Position numbers and translations under genes: made by a program. From Squalus acanthias (taxonomy: Eukaryota): DNA of 64,000 bases. The stretch covers positions 36,954,001-37,018,000 of the forward strand of contig CM059432.1 in the NCBI GenBank assembly GCA_030390025.1, read 5' to 3'. The notes under the pieces are model-generated. The model was not told the origin of the DNA. It did not search any database and worked only from the letters and a program-made list of their open reading frames with translations. Positions 1 to 12,617 of this stretch are shown here, piece after piece; within the stretch, counting starts at the first letter, position 1, and every line of letters starts with the position of its first letter.

Positions 1-900
1 GTGGGGATGTTTGCTGATGACTGCAGCGTTCAGTGCCATTTGCAACTCCTCAGATAATTTAACAGTCCATGCCTGCATGCAGCAAGACCTGGACGACATT
101 CAGGCTTGGGCTGATAAGTGGCAGGTAACATTCGCGTCATACAAGTGCCAGGCAATGACTATCTCCAACAAGCAAGCGTCTAACCACCGCCCCATGACAT
201 TCAATGGCATTACCATCGCCGAATCCCCCACCATCAATATCCTGTGGGTCACCATTGACCAGAAACTTAACTGGACCAGCCACTTAAATACTGTGGCAAC
301 AAGAGCAGGTCAGAGGCTGGGTATTCTGCGGCAAGTATCTCCCCTCCTAACTCCCCAAAACCTTTCCACCATCTACAAGGCACAAGTCAGGAGTGTGATG
401 GAATACCCTCCACTTGCCTGGATGAGTGCAGCTCCAACAACACTCAAGAAGCTCGACACCATCCAGGACAAAGCAGCCCGCTTGATTGGCACCCCATCCA
501 CCACCTTAAACATTCACGTCCTCCACCACTGGCGTACCGTGGCTGCAGTGTGTACCATCTACAAGATGCACTGCAGCAACTCGCCAAGGCTTTTCCGGAA
601 GCACCTCCCAAACCAGTGACCTCTACCATCTAGAAGGACAAGGGCAGCAGGCGCATGGGAACACCACCACCTCCAGGTTCCCCTCCAAGTCACACACCAT
701 CCTGACTTGGAAGTATATCGCCGTTCCTTCATTGTCGCTGGGTCAAAATTGTGGAAGTCCCTCCCTAACAGCACTGTGGGAGTACCTTCACCACACGGAC
801 TGCAGCAGTTCAAGAAGGAGGTTCATCACCACCTTCTCATGGGCAACAAATGCTGGCCTTGCCAACGACGCCCACACCTCATGAACGAGTAACAAAAAAC
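1..900 (+). mobile_element. 3' part of a non-LTR retrotransposon (CR1/L2-group LINE, family B): RT C-terminus and 3' tail
   Basis: ORF 11-619 reads QQDLDDIQAWADKWQVTF...LGILR...YKAQVRSVMEY, the typical RT C-terminal region. Very similar to 50190-51297. Confidence 0.85.
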
Positions 901-989
901 AACGTAACCATTATAGGTTATCTGCTCAATTATGTCATTACTGCTTGTATGATCTTGCTGTGCGTATATTGGCTGCTGCCTATAAAGAA

Positions 990-1450
990 AAGAAACACTT
1001 GCATTTATATAGTGCCTTTCACGACCACCGGACGTCTCAAAGCGCTTTACAGCCAATGAAGTACTTTGGAGTGTAGTCACTGTTGTAATGTGGGAAAGGC
1101 GGCAGCAATTTCCACACCGCAAGCTTCCACAAACAGCAATGTGATAATGACCAGATAATCTGGGTTTTTTTTGTGTTAGGTTGATTGAGGGATAAATATT
1201 GGCCAGGGAAACTCCCCTGCTCTTTTTCAAAATAGTGCCATGGGATCTTTTACTTCCACCTGAGAGCGCAGACAGGACCTCGGTTTAACGTCTCATCCGA
1301 AAGACGGCACCTCCGACAGTGCAGCACTCACTCAGCTCTGCACTGCAGTGTCAGCCTAGCTTTATGTGCTCAAGTCCCTGGAGTGGGACTTGAACCCACA
1401 ACCTTCTGACTCAGAGGCGAGTGTGCTACCCACTGCGCCACAGCTGACAC
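990..1450 (-). mobile_element. tRNA-derived SINE with Deu-like central domain (SacSINE1/DeuSINE-like)
   Basis: Minus strand has a tRNA-like head (gcgcagtgggtagc...gggttcaagtccc), a central gagacgttaaaccgaggtcctgtctgc...aaagatcccatggcactat domain and an L2-like tail. Copies at 8615, 12618 and 37165. Confidence 0.75.
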
Positions 1451-1896
1451 TTTTGATTATATTAAAAACAATAACAAGATTTCAAAAGTAATGCATTGGC
1501 TGTCAAGTGGTGAGGACATAAAAGGCACCGTCAAAAAGTCTTTATTTTATACAATTGGGCTCAGCAGCCCCAAGTTATGATGGAAGGGGTAAAAAAAAAA
1601 ATAGCCACGGTTCCCATTCCTGATAGCCGTCCACTGATTGCTGATGTAAAGTGGACGTGCGCACTTTGCTTAAAGGACAGGATTGGGCTCAGCAGGAATG
1701 GCCACTTGGGTAAGGTACAAGAGGATGACTGGAACCTGTGGAACTGTACCTCACCAAGAGTCAGCAACTCCAGGAGAGAAGGGGAGGAAATTGACAGGAA
1801 AAGAGAAAAATTTACTTGTAAAATGATTTGAATAAAATGTGACAAGGCAAGTTTTAAAGTCCGTTCTTTTACCAAGCAATTTATTTGGAAGCCACG

Positions 1897-2310
1897 ACAA
1901 CAACAACAACTTGTATTTATATAGTGCCTTTAACGTAGTAAAACATCCCAAGGCGCTGCACAGGATTTTTAGAAGACAAAAGGTTTGATACCAAGCCACA
2001 TAAGGATAAATTAGGGCAGGTGACCAAAAGCTTGGTCAAAGAGGTAGGTTTTAAGGAGTGTCTTAAAGGAAGAAAGAGAGTTAGCGAGGCAGAGAGGTTT
2101 AGGCAGGGAATTCCAGAGCTTAGGGCCGAGGCTGAAGGCACGGCCACCAATGGTTGAGCGATTATAATCAGGGATGCTCAAGAGAGCAGAATTCGAGGAG
2201 CGCAGATACCTGGGGGGGGGGGGGGGGGGGGGGGCTGAAGGAGATTACAGAGATAGGAAGGGGCAAGGCCATGGAGGGATTTGAAAACAAGGATGAGAAT
2301 TTTGAAATCG
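1897..2310 (-). mobile_element. L2-type LINE 3' end
   Basis: (ttg)n tail; near-identical to 7703-8100 and 51440-51800. Confidence 0.75.
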
Positions 2311-3059
2311 AACTACAAACCATGCATAGACATCGGCCATTCAGGACAGACGTGTTGCGATACCTCACTAATTCAATAGACCCCATTCTTCTGTTCTATT
2401 GTTTAGGCACATCTTGAAGATCACATAACATGACTGGAAGGGGAGCAGATAGTTCTCAGTATCCTGGACTTCATCAACCATCATGCAGAACAGGAGCTGG
2501 TCATTTAGTCCCATTGCTGCCGTTTGCAATATGGCCATTACATCTGCTTACATTGTAGTTGCTGCACTTCAAAGTAATTAATTTTGTGAAGCACTTTCAG
2601 ACATTTGAGAGCTATATAAATGCAGGTCTTATTTCCTTTTTGATCTTATGGCTAGAGGGGCCGTATGGCCTACTCCTGCTCCTAATTCTTATGTTCTTCT
2701 AAACTTTTTGCTACCCATCTCATCTGCTGGAAGATGCCATAGCCTCTGCTCAATGGCTCCCTGTTTGACAGAACTCATAGCAGCAACTGAACTCCATGTG
2801 TTGATTTAAAAAAATTCATAGATCGTATTTTTTGCTCAAGACAACAAATGTTAGTACTAGGGATTAGACCTCTTCCCATTTCAGAAACCCAACGTTGGCA
2901 TCAAGTAATCCCAGGTCAGGTACAGCGCAGCCAAATGCAGTGTAAACCTCCCTTGATTCTGTCCCAATAATGTGCGTCGGTCTCATCTTCAGCACCAGTG
3001 TGATTTCGCCCCTACCCCAACACTTCATACATCAGCGATCTGAAGGCTTCTGTGAGAAT

Positions 3060-3780
3060 GCTAATTAGTGAATGCCATCGTCTTCGACCCACACCACAAA
3101 CTGCATACCCTCATCACCAACTGCATCCTCCTCCCCTTCCACCATGAGTTTGAACCAGACTGTGATAACCTCAAAGTCCTATTTGACCACAAGCTGAGCT
3201 TCCAACCTCAAATCCTCTCCAGTACAAAGACCACCTACGGAACATTGGCTGCCTTTGCTCTTGCCGCAACCTATCTGCAGGTGAAACCCTCATCCATGCC
3301 TTTGTCAACTCCAGACTCGACTATTCCAATGCTCTCCTAGCCAGCCTCCAAACTCTGAACTTCAGCTCATCCAAAACTCTGGAAGCCTTATCTTATCCTG
3401 CACTAATTCCAGATCACCCATGACTGACCTTTGTTGGCTCCCAGCCCCCATATGGCTCAAATTTAAAATTCTCATCCTTGACTTTAAGTCCCTTTATGGC
3501 CACTCCCCACCCTATAATTAACGTCCAACAACCCTTGGAAAAATTTCACTCTGACTCTGGCCTCCTGTGCATCCTGCACTCCCTTCGTCCCACCATTGGC
3601 GGCTGTGCCTTCAATGCCTGTCTGCTCCCCTTCCAGTCATGTGATCTTCAAGATGTGCCTGAACAATGTGTGGGTCCTATGCTTCTCTCCCTGAACTTCA
3701 CCTCCCTCTCCTCCTTTAAGACCCCCCTTAAAGCCCACCTCTTCACTCAAGCTTTTGGACACCTCTCCTTGGTCTCAATT
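3060..3780 (+). mobile_element. Degenerate L2-type LINE 3' fragment
   Basis: Diverged match to the L2 RT C-terminus at 7821-8558 (ccagactcgactattccaatgctctcct, ctcatccaaaactct). Confidence 0.65.
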
Positions 3781-6700
3781 TTTTTTTTAAAGTAACGTAC
3801 TTAAGAGGCAAAAGCAAATATTGCAATGATGGGAGAAGAGTTGGGACGTAGTTATGTTCTGAAGACACTTTTGAAGGTTGAGTGATATCACAGCATAAAG
3901 GGTTCAGGGAGAGCATTACAGAGAATGAGGCCAAGATAACTGAATACTCTGCATCTGAAGAAGGAGCAGGATGGTGCTGAGGATACAAAGAAAATCAGAG
4001 TTAGAAGAGTAGAGGGCAGGTGCAGCTGGAAGAGGTTGCAGAGTTGGAGAGGGGATGAGGTCATGCAGAAACATGGAGATGAGGAAATGGATTTTGAGTT
4101 ACATGTGTTTGGAGATGGGAAACCACCAGGAAAGTTGGACCGGACAAGGGCGATAGGGGAGCAGGTCAGGTCGCGATCAGCGAAGTTTGAGGAGTTTGAA
4201 CTGGAGCTAGAGAGGCTGGCAAGGTGAGTGCGTGTAGGTGACTAAGTCATGAGGGTTTTCACAAGAAGTGGGATAGTACCAGTCTAATAGGTGCTTCAGT
4301 CAATATTTGTTTCTATAAACATAGTGAAGCACAGTGAAAAAACCCCACTTAAGTGGACGTTAACTCATTGCCCTTTCAATGTGTTGGAATGTAGATTCTT
4401 TTTTTAAAAAAACCTGGTGGTGGGGGAAGGGCAGGAATGATATTAAAGTAAACAACTTGATGTGATGTGGAGGGAAAACGTTAAAATAAACTTAGCTTTT
4501 ATTTTTACAACCAGCAGCTGCTGCATCACACTGGATATTCTGAGTTAAATGAAAAATGAAAAGATCCATTGATTAAAGCAAGGCAGGAGAAAGGAGCAGG
4601 AGTCAGGCTCTGCCGTTCCCAGTGACTGGGGACTGAGCGTTCACAGTCTCTACTACAGTTCCTGTTTATGTTGCAGGGCTTATCACACCACCATGACCTT
4701 GCAAAAAGTGACGCCCTCCGTCATGTGATTACACAAGGAAGAGGCCAAAAAGAATTTGCTTGGGTGAATTCAGAAGCTCGAGAAAATGCTTCTCACTCAC
4801 ACACATTCTGAGAGGCACACTGCAGCTGAATGCCAGATAAGCCCTATGGACCAGTATCCTGATAAAAAGAACCACATTTTCTTAAGTGCAACTATAAAGC
4901 CTCTCTGTTGTAAGTATTAGAGATAAAGGTCGGGGGTGGGGAGGAAAGTCAGGGTTTCTCTTGCTGTGTCAACGAGTTCATCAAAGCGAGTGGTTGAATC
5001 TAACAGAAAGGTCCAAGGTTTGATCCTGGCCAGTGCTGAGTTAGCTAATCCGAAAGCTTGTAAAATTAAATAAATCTGTTGGACTATAACCTGGTGTTGT
5101 GAGACTTCTCAATCTTAATCAGGACAGGGGAAGGGGGTGCTTCAAATGAGCACAGTGCCCCTGGGTCGTGAGGGGAGGGGGAGGAAGACAAAAAAATCAT
5201 CCACTTCTAACTTCTAATCAGCGACACCTGCTGGAAAGTGCCTTTGTTGGCCTCAGAACGGGAGAAGGCACATCTGTGATGCCCCCACAGTCAAATAGCG
5301 TGCCAGCACTCAAAAATTTGCATGGAAAAAATATAGCAAACAGTGGAGATCCTGAAATATAAAAAAGGAACCAGAAAATGCTGGAAACTCATGCACAAGG
5401 TTAGTCAGCATCTGGAGGAGAAATTTGGAATTCTAGTACTGGTTTTTCACCCACATTACCGGTTTTCACTTTCAGATGCTGACGGACGTATATTCCCTGC
5501 ATCAGGTTACTAATTTTGTTGAAAATTTTATATTCACTCCCCAGGTTTTCTCCTTTGCCCCATCCCCCATGAACGTACTTCTTGTATGTTTTAATAAACA
5601 CTGTCCTTTCACAGACTGGATTTAAAAAAATTGGAACAAAGATTCCACACACAACATACAAGGAGAGGAATTTCACAATCCAGTACCACTGGGAGTGGGA
5701 AGGAAAAAAAAAAAATGTTGCTTAACCAAAGCATCAGGCCAATAAAAAAAGTGAATGAGTATCCTGGACTGGTGTAATCATTCTGAAGTTTGGCAACAAT
5801 GGAGCTCAACATTTTGTTCTCTGTGTGAATCCATGTTTACAGACCCTGCCTACATTCAATTCCTAACAAGGCAACAGCCATCTTTGTTACAGCATGTTGG
5901 TTCAATAGCTATAAAAATCCACGATGGACAACTTAATTTAACAATATCAATTCGGCGATGGGGCAGGAAATCTCGTCAAGAGTCAGAAGATGCTGTCCTA
6001 CGGATGAGAGATTAAACCGAAGCAGTTTGGATAGTGCCACGGCATCAAGAAATGCTTGCAGTGTGCAAAATGGTTGCCACATTCACCCAAGGGGTGTTGT
6101 GAAAGGAACTGATCACAGCAGAATGATCAGCAAACAGCTCAATTCCTGACCTTACAATAGCGGGAAGATCAGTGATCAAGCAGCTTTTTTTCCCCATTCT
6201 GAGAAGGTTGGCGTCGCTGGCAAGGCTGGCATTTATTGCCTGTGCCTAGTTGCCAAAAAGGTGGTTGTGGACCTTTTTGAATCACATGTAGGCCAGACCA
6301 GGTAAGGACAGCAGGTTTCTTTCCCTAAAGGACAATAACTTAAGATGGTTGGACAAAGAACGCTTCCCCAAGGAACTCCAGTGCTGTTGCAGGGCGGTGA
6401 TGATTGGCCTCTGACAAGCTCAACCATCTTTTGCATTAGATGTGACTCCAGTCACTGGAGGGTTTTCCCGCGAACCTCAGTTTTGCCAGAGCTGCTTGGT
6501 GACATGCTCAGTCAAATGCTGCCTTGATGTCGAGGGCAGGCCTCTCCTCTGGCATTCAGCTCGTGTCCACTTTTGAATCAAATAAGGTAATAATATCTAG
6601 AGCCGCGTGCATCTGGTGGAACGCAAATTGAGCATTGGTAAGCAGGCAATTGGTAGGTGTTGCTTGATGGCACTATTGATCACTAAGCGGCTTAGACTCA

Positions 6701-7702
6701 CTATCTCAGCTCACAGATGGAGAATGGCCAGTTGGGCATGGTCAGCACCCATGGAACTGCACCCCAGTAACAGTCAATTCCCCTCCCTCTCCCCAACCTT
6801 CTCAGCTCGAGGAAGTACAAGCTCAGTTTATGCAATCTGTCCTTGTAATTTAACGTTATCTGCACTAGGGCATTTTAAAATGAAACATTTTGGACAGCAT
6901 CACATGGCGAGCTCAGTTTCTGGAGGGTATGGAAACTCAAAAGATTAATCTACAGATTTACACCTTTTATTTTCTTTAACAGACACTACAAACAAGGTTA
7001 ACAGCACTGTTTGCCAGCTTCAGATGCACAGTTCTGCCACCTCAACACTCCCAAACAAACCAACTTCTTAAGAACCTATGGCAACACAGTCCCAATTCAC
7101 TAGTGAGTCTTTCCACTTAACAGTCAGATAACCGGCCCACTAAATGCACAGAACTGGGGTCTCATATCTGTGGGCTTGTGATTTGACTCCAAACAGCAGC
7201 AATGTGCAAATCAAACACACTGAACTGGTTCAATGCCCACATTCTGCTTGGCTTCTTCCGACTGCTGGACTTTCAAAAAAATGTCCTTCCATTTCTACCT
7301 GCCTCACCCCCATCACCGCATATGTTCTGTGTATTGTACTGTCTTCATTTTGTTTGATTTTTCTCATTATGCCTCCTATGGTCTCGTATGAATGTTACTT
7401 TAGTCATTTAACCCTCTATCTTCCACTGAAGCACTTGACTGGTTATTTTATTTCTCCTCTTATATTTTCTGGTTACCCCTTCCCTCTGTTCTGTTTCTTT
7501 TTAAACACTGTTCTTCTATAATATCCTTCAGATTTGACCCGAAACATTAACTACTCTGTTCTCTCCAAAGATGCTTCCTGACCTGTTGAGCATTTCCAGC
7601 ATTTTCTGTTTTTCAGTTATGCAGTTTGCAAAAGGCAATGTGAAAGAAAGGATTGCATTTATATAGCACCTGTCATGACAACAGAACGTCCCAAAGCTCT
7701 AT

Positions 7703-8610
7703 TCAACAACAACAACTTGTATTTATATAGATAGTGCCTTTAATGTAGTAAAACATCCCAAGGCGCTGCACAGAGTATTTTAAGACAAAAAAATTTGACA
7801 CCGAGCCACATAAGGATAAATTAGGGCAGGTGACCAAAAGCTTGGTCAAAGAGGTAGGTTTTAAGGAGCGTCTTAAAGGAGGAAAGAGAGGTAGCGAGGT
7901 GGACAGGTTTAGGCAGGGAATTCCAGAGCTTAGGGCCGAGGCAACAGAAGGCACGGCCACCAATGGTTGAGCGATTATAATCAGGGATGCTCAAGAGGGC
8001 AGAATTAGAGGAACGCAGATATCGGGGGGGGTTACAGAGATAGGAAGGGGCGAGACCATGGAGGGATTTGAAAACAAGGATGAGAATTTTTAAATCGAGG
8101 CGCTGCTTAACCGGGAGCCAATGTAGGTCAGTGAGCACAGGGGTGATGGGTGAATGGGGCTTGGTGCGAGTTAGGACACGGGCAGCCAAGCTTTGGATGA
8201 CCTCAAGTTTACGTAGGGTGGGATGTGGGAGGCCAGCCAGGAGTGCATTGGAATAGTCAAGTCTAGAGGTAACAAATGCATGGATGAGGGTTTCAGCAGC
8301 AGATGAGCTGAGGCAAGGGCAGAGACGGGCGATGTTACGGACGTGGAAGTAGGCGGTCTTTGTTATGTTGCGGATATGTGGTTGGAAGCTAATTTCAGGG
8401 TAAAATATGACACCAAGGTTCCAAACAGTGTGGTTCAGCCTCAGACAGATGTAAGGGAGAGGGATGGAGTCAGTGGCTAGGGAACGGAGTTTGTGGCAGG
8501 GACCGAAAACAATGGCTTCGGTCTTCCCAATATTTAATTGGAGAAAATTTTTGCTCATCTAGAACTGTATGTTGGACAAGCAGTCTGACAATTTAGACAC
8601 CATGGAGGGG
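7703..8610 (-). mobile_element. L2-type LINE 3' fragment (RT C-terminus, 245-aa ORF remnant)
   Basis: ORF 7821-8558 reads NFLQLNIGKTEAIVFG...AFVTSRLDYSNALLAGLP...LHWLPVKQRLDLKIL; (ttg)n tail. Confidence 0.85.
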
Positions 8611-8614
8611 TACA

Positions 8615-9003
8615 ACCAATGAAGTACTTTTTAAAGTGTATTCACTTGTAATGCAACAAGTGCAACAGCAATTTGCACGCAGCAAGGTCCCAAAAACATG
8701 AAATAATAACCTCAATCTGTTTTAGTGATGTTGGTTGAGGGATAAATATTGGCCAGAACACCAGGAGAACTCCCTGCTCTGCTTCGAATAACGCTGAGAG
8801 ATTTTTTACGTTGACTTGGGAGGGAAGACGGGGCCTCGGTTTAACGTCTCATTTGAAAGACGGCACCTCCGACAGTGCAACACTCCCTCAGTACTGCACT
8901 GGTGTCAGCTTAGATTAAGTGCTAAAGTCTCCGGAGTGTGACTTCAACCCACGACCTTCTGATTCAGAGGCAAGAGTGCTACCAACTAAGACAAGGCCGA
9001 CAC
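8615..9003 (-). mobile_element. Deu-domain tRNA SINE copy
   Basis: Colinear with 990-1450. Confidence 0.7.
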
Positions 9004-9069
9004 CAATGGAACCATATGGTCTATAGCACCACCCGGTGGAGGGACAAAGGCTGCATCTTACATTTTGTT

Positions 9070-9233
9070 CCCTGAAAGATTGTATCTCTGCAGTTTCTGT
9101 GTTTATATTCTGTGAACTTTTGTAGATTCACTCATTGTAACTCTACCTGAGGAAGGGGCGATAGCTCCGAAAGCTTGTAATTTTAAATAAATCTGTTGGA
9201 CTATAACCTGGTGTTGTGCGACTTCTCATTTTT
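9070..9233 (+). mobile_element. Short 5'-truncated Penelope-like (pLTR) insertion with a 12-bp TSD
   Basis: ttacattttgtt is duplicated at 9058-9069 and 9234-9245. The tail aaataaatctgttggactataacctggtgttgtg also occurs at 5050-5110. Confidence 0.7.
9144..9179 (+). ncRNA. Minimal type I hammerhead ribozyme motif
   Basis: uac-CUGAGGA-a-GGGGC(gaua)GCUCC-GAAA-GCU-U-gua: both core boxes, stem II, palindromic AGCU stem III and a 3-bp stem I (uac/gua). Confidence 0.65.
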
Positions 9234-10589
9234 TTACATTTTGTTGACAGCAGGAGCTTCTCCATCCCCAATGGAGCAGCGAGTTTATTCAGTGAGGAGC
9301 TCAGACCAGGAAGACCACTGGATCGAACAGTGGTCTCTGATCAGTTAAATGATCTTAACTGAAGCACTGTTGCTGGCTTTTGGGGCAGGGGAAAATCAGC
9401 CAGGGTTCCCCCTTAGGAAACGTGATCCTTATTCGTTCTCATGATGTGGGCATCACTGGCAAGGCTGGCATTTATTACCCCCATCCCAAATTGCCCTAAT
9501 TTGATATAGTTGGTGTGGGACTGGAGGCACATATAAGCCAGACTGGGTAAAGATGACAGGTTTCCTTCCCTAAAGGTTATTAATGAATTAGTTGGGTTTT
9601 ACGACAATCAGATATCTTCATGGTCACTTGTACTGGGATTAGCTTTTTATTTCCAGATTTTCTTTCAACTGAATTATAATTCTTAAACTGGTGGGATTTA
9701 ACCTCATGTTCTCTGGATTACTAGTCCAGTAACATATCCACTACACTACTATACACAAACAGGTTGGGTGGCATCAAGGTCATCTGTGATGCCTGTACTC
9801 GTGAGATAACTTGCAGACAGTCACAATCTGGACTCACCTACGAGAGTCAGTGAGCTGCTGGAGAGTGATTGGCAGCTGTGGAACCATAAAGAGTCACTGC
9901 CTACAAGGTCGGAGACTGGAAAATTAGCCAAAAATATAAATTTAAATGTTGTTGTACTCAGTGTTTGGTAGGAATTTGAGAGTCAGTGCAAGATCAAGCA
10001 AAATAAATTTTTGAGTTTACAACTTCTCATTGACCCCCACCCCTCAGGTTACTACAAGTCTCTCAAAATGCTTCCAGAAAATGTTTCATGCGCCACTTTC
10101 TCTTCTCAATAACTTAAATTTCCTGTGTCCAAAGTAAGGGCTTTGCCAAAATATATTAAAAAGTTACATATTTCACAATAACATGATTAAATTTGCTTCT
10201 GTATCTTCTAATGCCTTCACTGAAATTTTTACGAAAAGGCCTCAGCCTCTCCTAAAGTAGAGTTGTTATTTTTTTTATAAGGGCTGTGACTTGGAGGTAA
10301 AATTTGGATTGTGCCTATTTTAATTGGATCAATAGAGTGGCAGAGTTACCCCAGTGTCACCAGCCCCATAAGTGCCCCCTCAATCTGCCCCACAAATAAA
10401 GTATTCTAACCCAAGGTCCAACCAAACTGAAAAAAGCTTAAAGTAAAACTAAATGAAGACCTCACTGTCGTGATTGAGTATACAGTTGATGTCCCGCGGT
10501 GCGCACTGGTGTGGAAGGCCTCAAATGTACTGGTGGGCACCTCATGGTCCTTGTGGATTGTGCAGTTTATATATTTTGCGCATATTTTA

Positions 10590-11045
10590 GCTGTGAGGAA
10601 AGATTGGATAGGTTGGGGTTGTTTTCTTTGGAACAAAGGAGGCGGAGGGGAGACTTAATTCAGGTGTATAAAATGATGAGGAGCCTTGATAGATTGGGTA
10701 AGAAGCACCTATTTCCTTTGCAGAGATGTCAATAACCAGGAGGTATAGATTTGAAGTAATTGATGGAAGGACCAGAGGGGAGATGAGGAGAACCTTTTTC
10801 ACCCAGAGGGTGGTGGGGGCCTGGAATTCACTGCCTGAAAGGGTGGTAGAGGCAGAAACCCTCAACACATTTAAAAAGTACTTGGATATGCACTTGAAGT
10901 GCCGTAACCTGCAAGGCTACGGACCAAGCGCTGGAAAGTGGGATTAGGCTGGATAGCGGGATTAGGCTGGAGAGCTCTATTTCTGCCGGTACAGACACAA
11001 TGGGCCGAATGGCCTCCTGTGCTGTAAATTTCTATGATTCTATGC
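10590..11045 (+). mobile_element. CR1-clade LINE 3' end
   Basis: RLGLFSLEQRRRRGDLI...FFTQRVVGAWNSLP; tail gggccgaatggcctcc...(tatgattc)n. Confidence 0.85.
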
Positions 11046-11069
11046 AGTCTGAGAATGTGCAGTGTCGGA

Positions 11070-11385
11070 TACAGTAGCATAATTGTTACATTACTGGACT
11101 AGCAGCAAAAAATGACCATGAATCTGTTGGGTTGTCATACAAACTCAACTGGTCCACTAATGTCCTTTGAGGGAAGGAAACGCGCCAACCTTACCCCATC
11201 TGGCCGATGTGACTCCCATCCCACATCAATGTGGTTGATTCTCAACTGCTCTTTGAAGTGTCCTAGCAAGCCAATCATTTGTATCAAACCGCTATCAGTG
11301 ATTCATTAAGGAGGCCCACCACCACTTTCTCAGGGCAGTAAATGACAGCCTTGCCAGTGATGCCCACATCCAGAGAACGAATTTT
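11070..11385 (+). mobile_element. SINE sharing its 3' tail with LINE family B
   Basis: Central gggaaggaaa...ccttacc...tctggcc...atgtgactcc domain plus the tail ccttgccagtgatgcccacatcc also seen at 51255-51280. Related copies at 6190-6340 (-), 9430-9750 (-) and 30140-30340 (+). Confidence 0.55.
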
Positions 11386-11674
11386 AAAAATCTGATTTCT
11401 CCAGTCAGCTGTACTGAGGAGTATTTTTTTCTTGAACATCGAGTAGTTTCTGCTCATAAGGTTTTCCAGAATTATTTCAAGAGAAGCTAGAGGCCAAAAT
11501 TCAAAAGCTTTCCCTGAGGTAAAATTCATTTGAAGTCTTATTTATTTATTTATTATAAAAAGGGCACCTTGCATGTCTGAGAGAAACAAATGGCAGTGCT
11601 CTGATTACACGCCTGTTGTCATCTTTGTTTTGTGTTCTAAAAATTTTAGACAGAGACTGAGGTTAGACAGGAGG

Positions 11675-12415
11675 AAGGGGATATTTCATAACTCTCAAAG
11701 ATATATTCCAGTAAGAAAGAAAGACTCTACAAGAAGGATGAACCATCCGTGGCTAACTAAGGAAGTTAAGGATGGGATCAAATTGAAAGAAAAGGCATAC
11801 AAGGTTGCGAAGATTAGTGGTAGGCCAGAAAATTGGGAAATTTTTTAAACCAGCAAAGGATGACTAAAAAAAATTATAAAGAGGGAGAAAAAAGATTATG
11901 AGAATAAACTAGCAAGAAATGTAAAAACAGACCGTAAGAGCTTCTACAAGTATATAAAAAGGAAGAGAGTAGCTCAAGTAAACGTTGGTCCCTTAGATGA
12001 TGAGACTGGGGAATTAATAATGGGAAACAAGGAAATGGCCTACTCCTGCTCCTATTGCTTATGCTCTTATAAGGGAAGAAAGTGTGTCTCTCTTGCATAA
12101 GAACCTAAGAAATCGGAGCTGGAGTCGGCCATTTGGCCCTTCGAGCCTGTTCCGCCATTCAACAAGATCATGACTGATCTATCTCAACTCCACCTTCCCG
12201 CACTATCTCCATATCCCTTAATTTCCTTTGTTCCCAAAAATTTATCGACCTCTGTCTTGAATATACTCAACAACTGAGCATCCACAGCCCTCTGGGGTAG
12301 AGAATTCCAAAGATTCACAAACCTTTGAGTGAAGAAATTTCTCCTCATCTCAGGCCTAAATGGCCGACCCCTTAATTCTGTGACTGTGACCCCGTGTTCT
12401 AGATTCCCCAGCCAG
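11675..12415. mobile_element. Two CR1 fragments, tail-to-tail (+ 11675-12070; - 12097-12415)
   Basis: MNHPWLTKEVKDGIKLKEKAY (ORF2 linker) on +; CR1 3' UTR on -. Confidence 0.7.
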
Positions 12416-12617
12416 GTAATGTTACTTCAGTTTTCAGAAAGAAGTTGAATTTTGAAGCCAATCAATTACCTAAAGATCAAAGCTAAAGGCTTACACCTGT
12501 GAGTTGGAGATGATCATTTCCAACATCTATGAGGTGGTATGGTGGAAAGAGAAACAAATGGAGAAAGGGAGACAAACAGTTTCTTTCTTCATTCTAATTT
12601 TTTTTATTACATTAACA

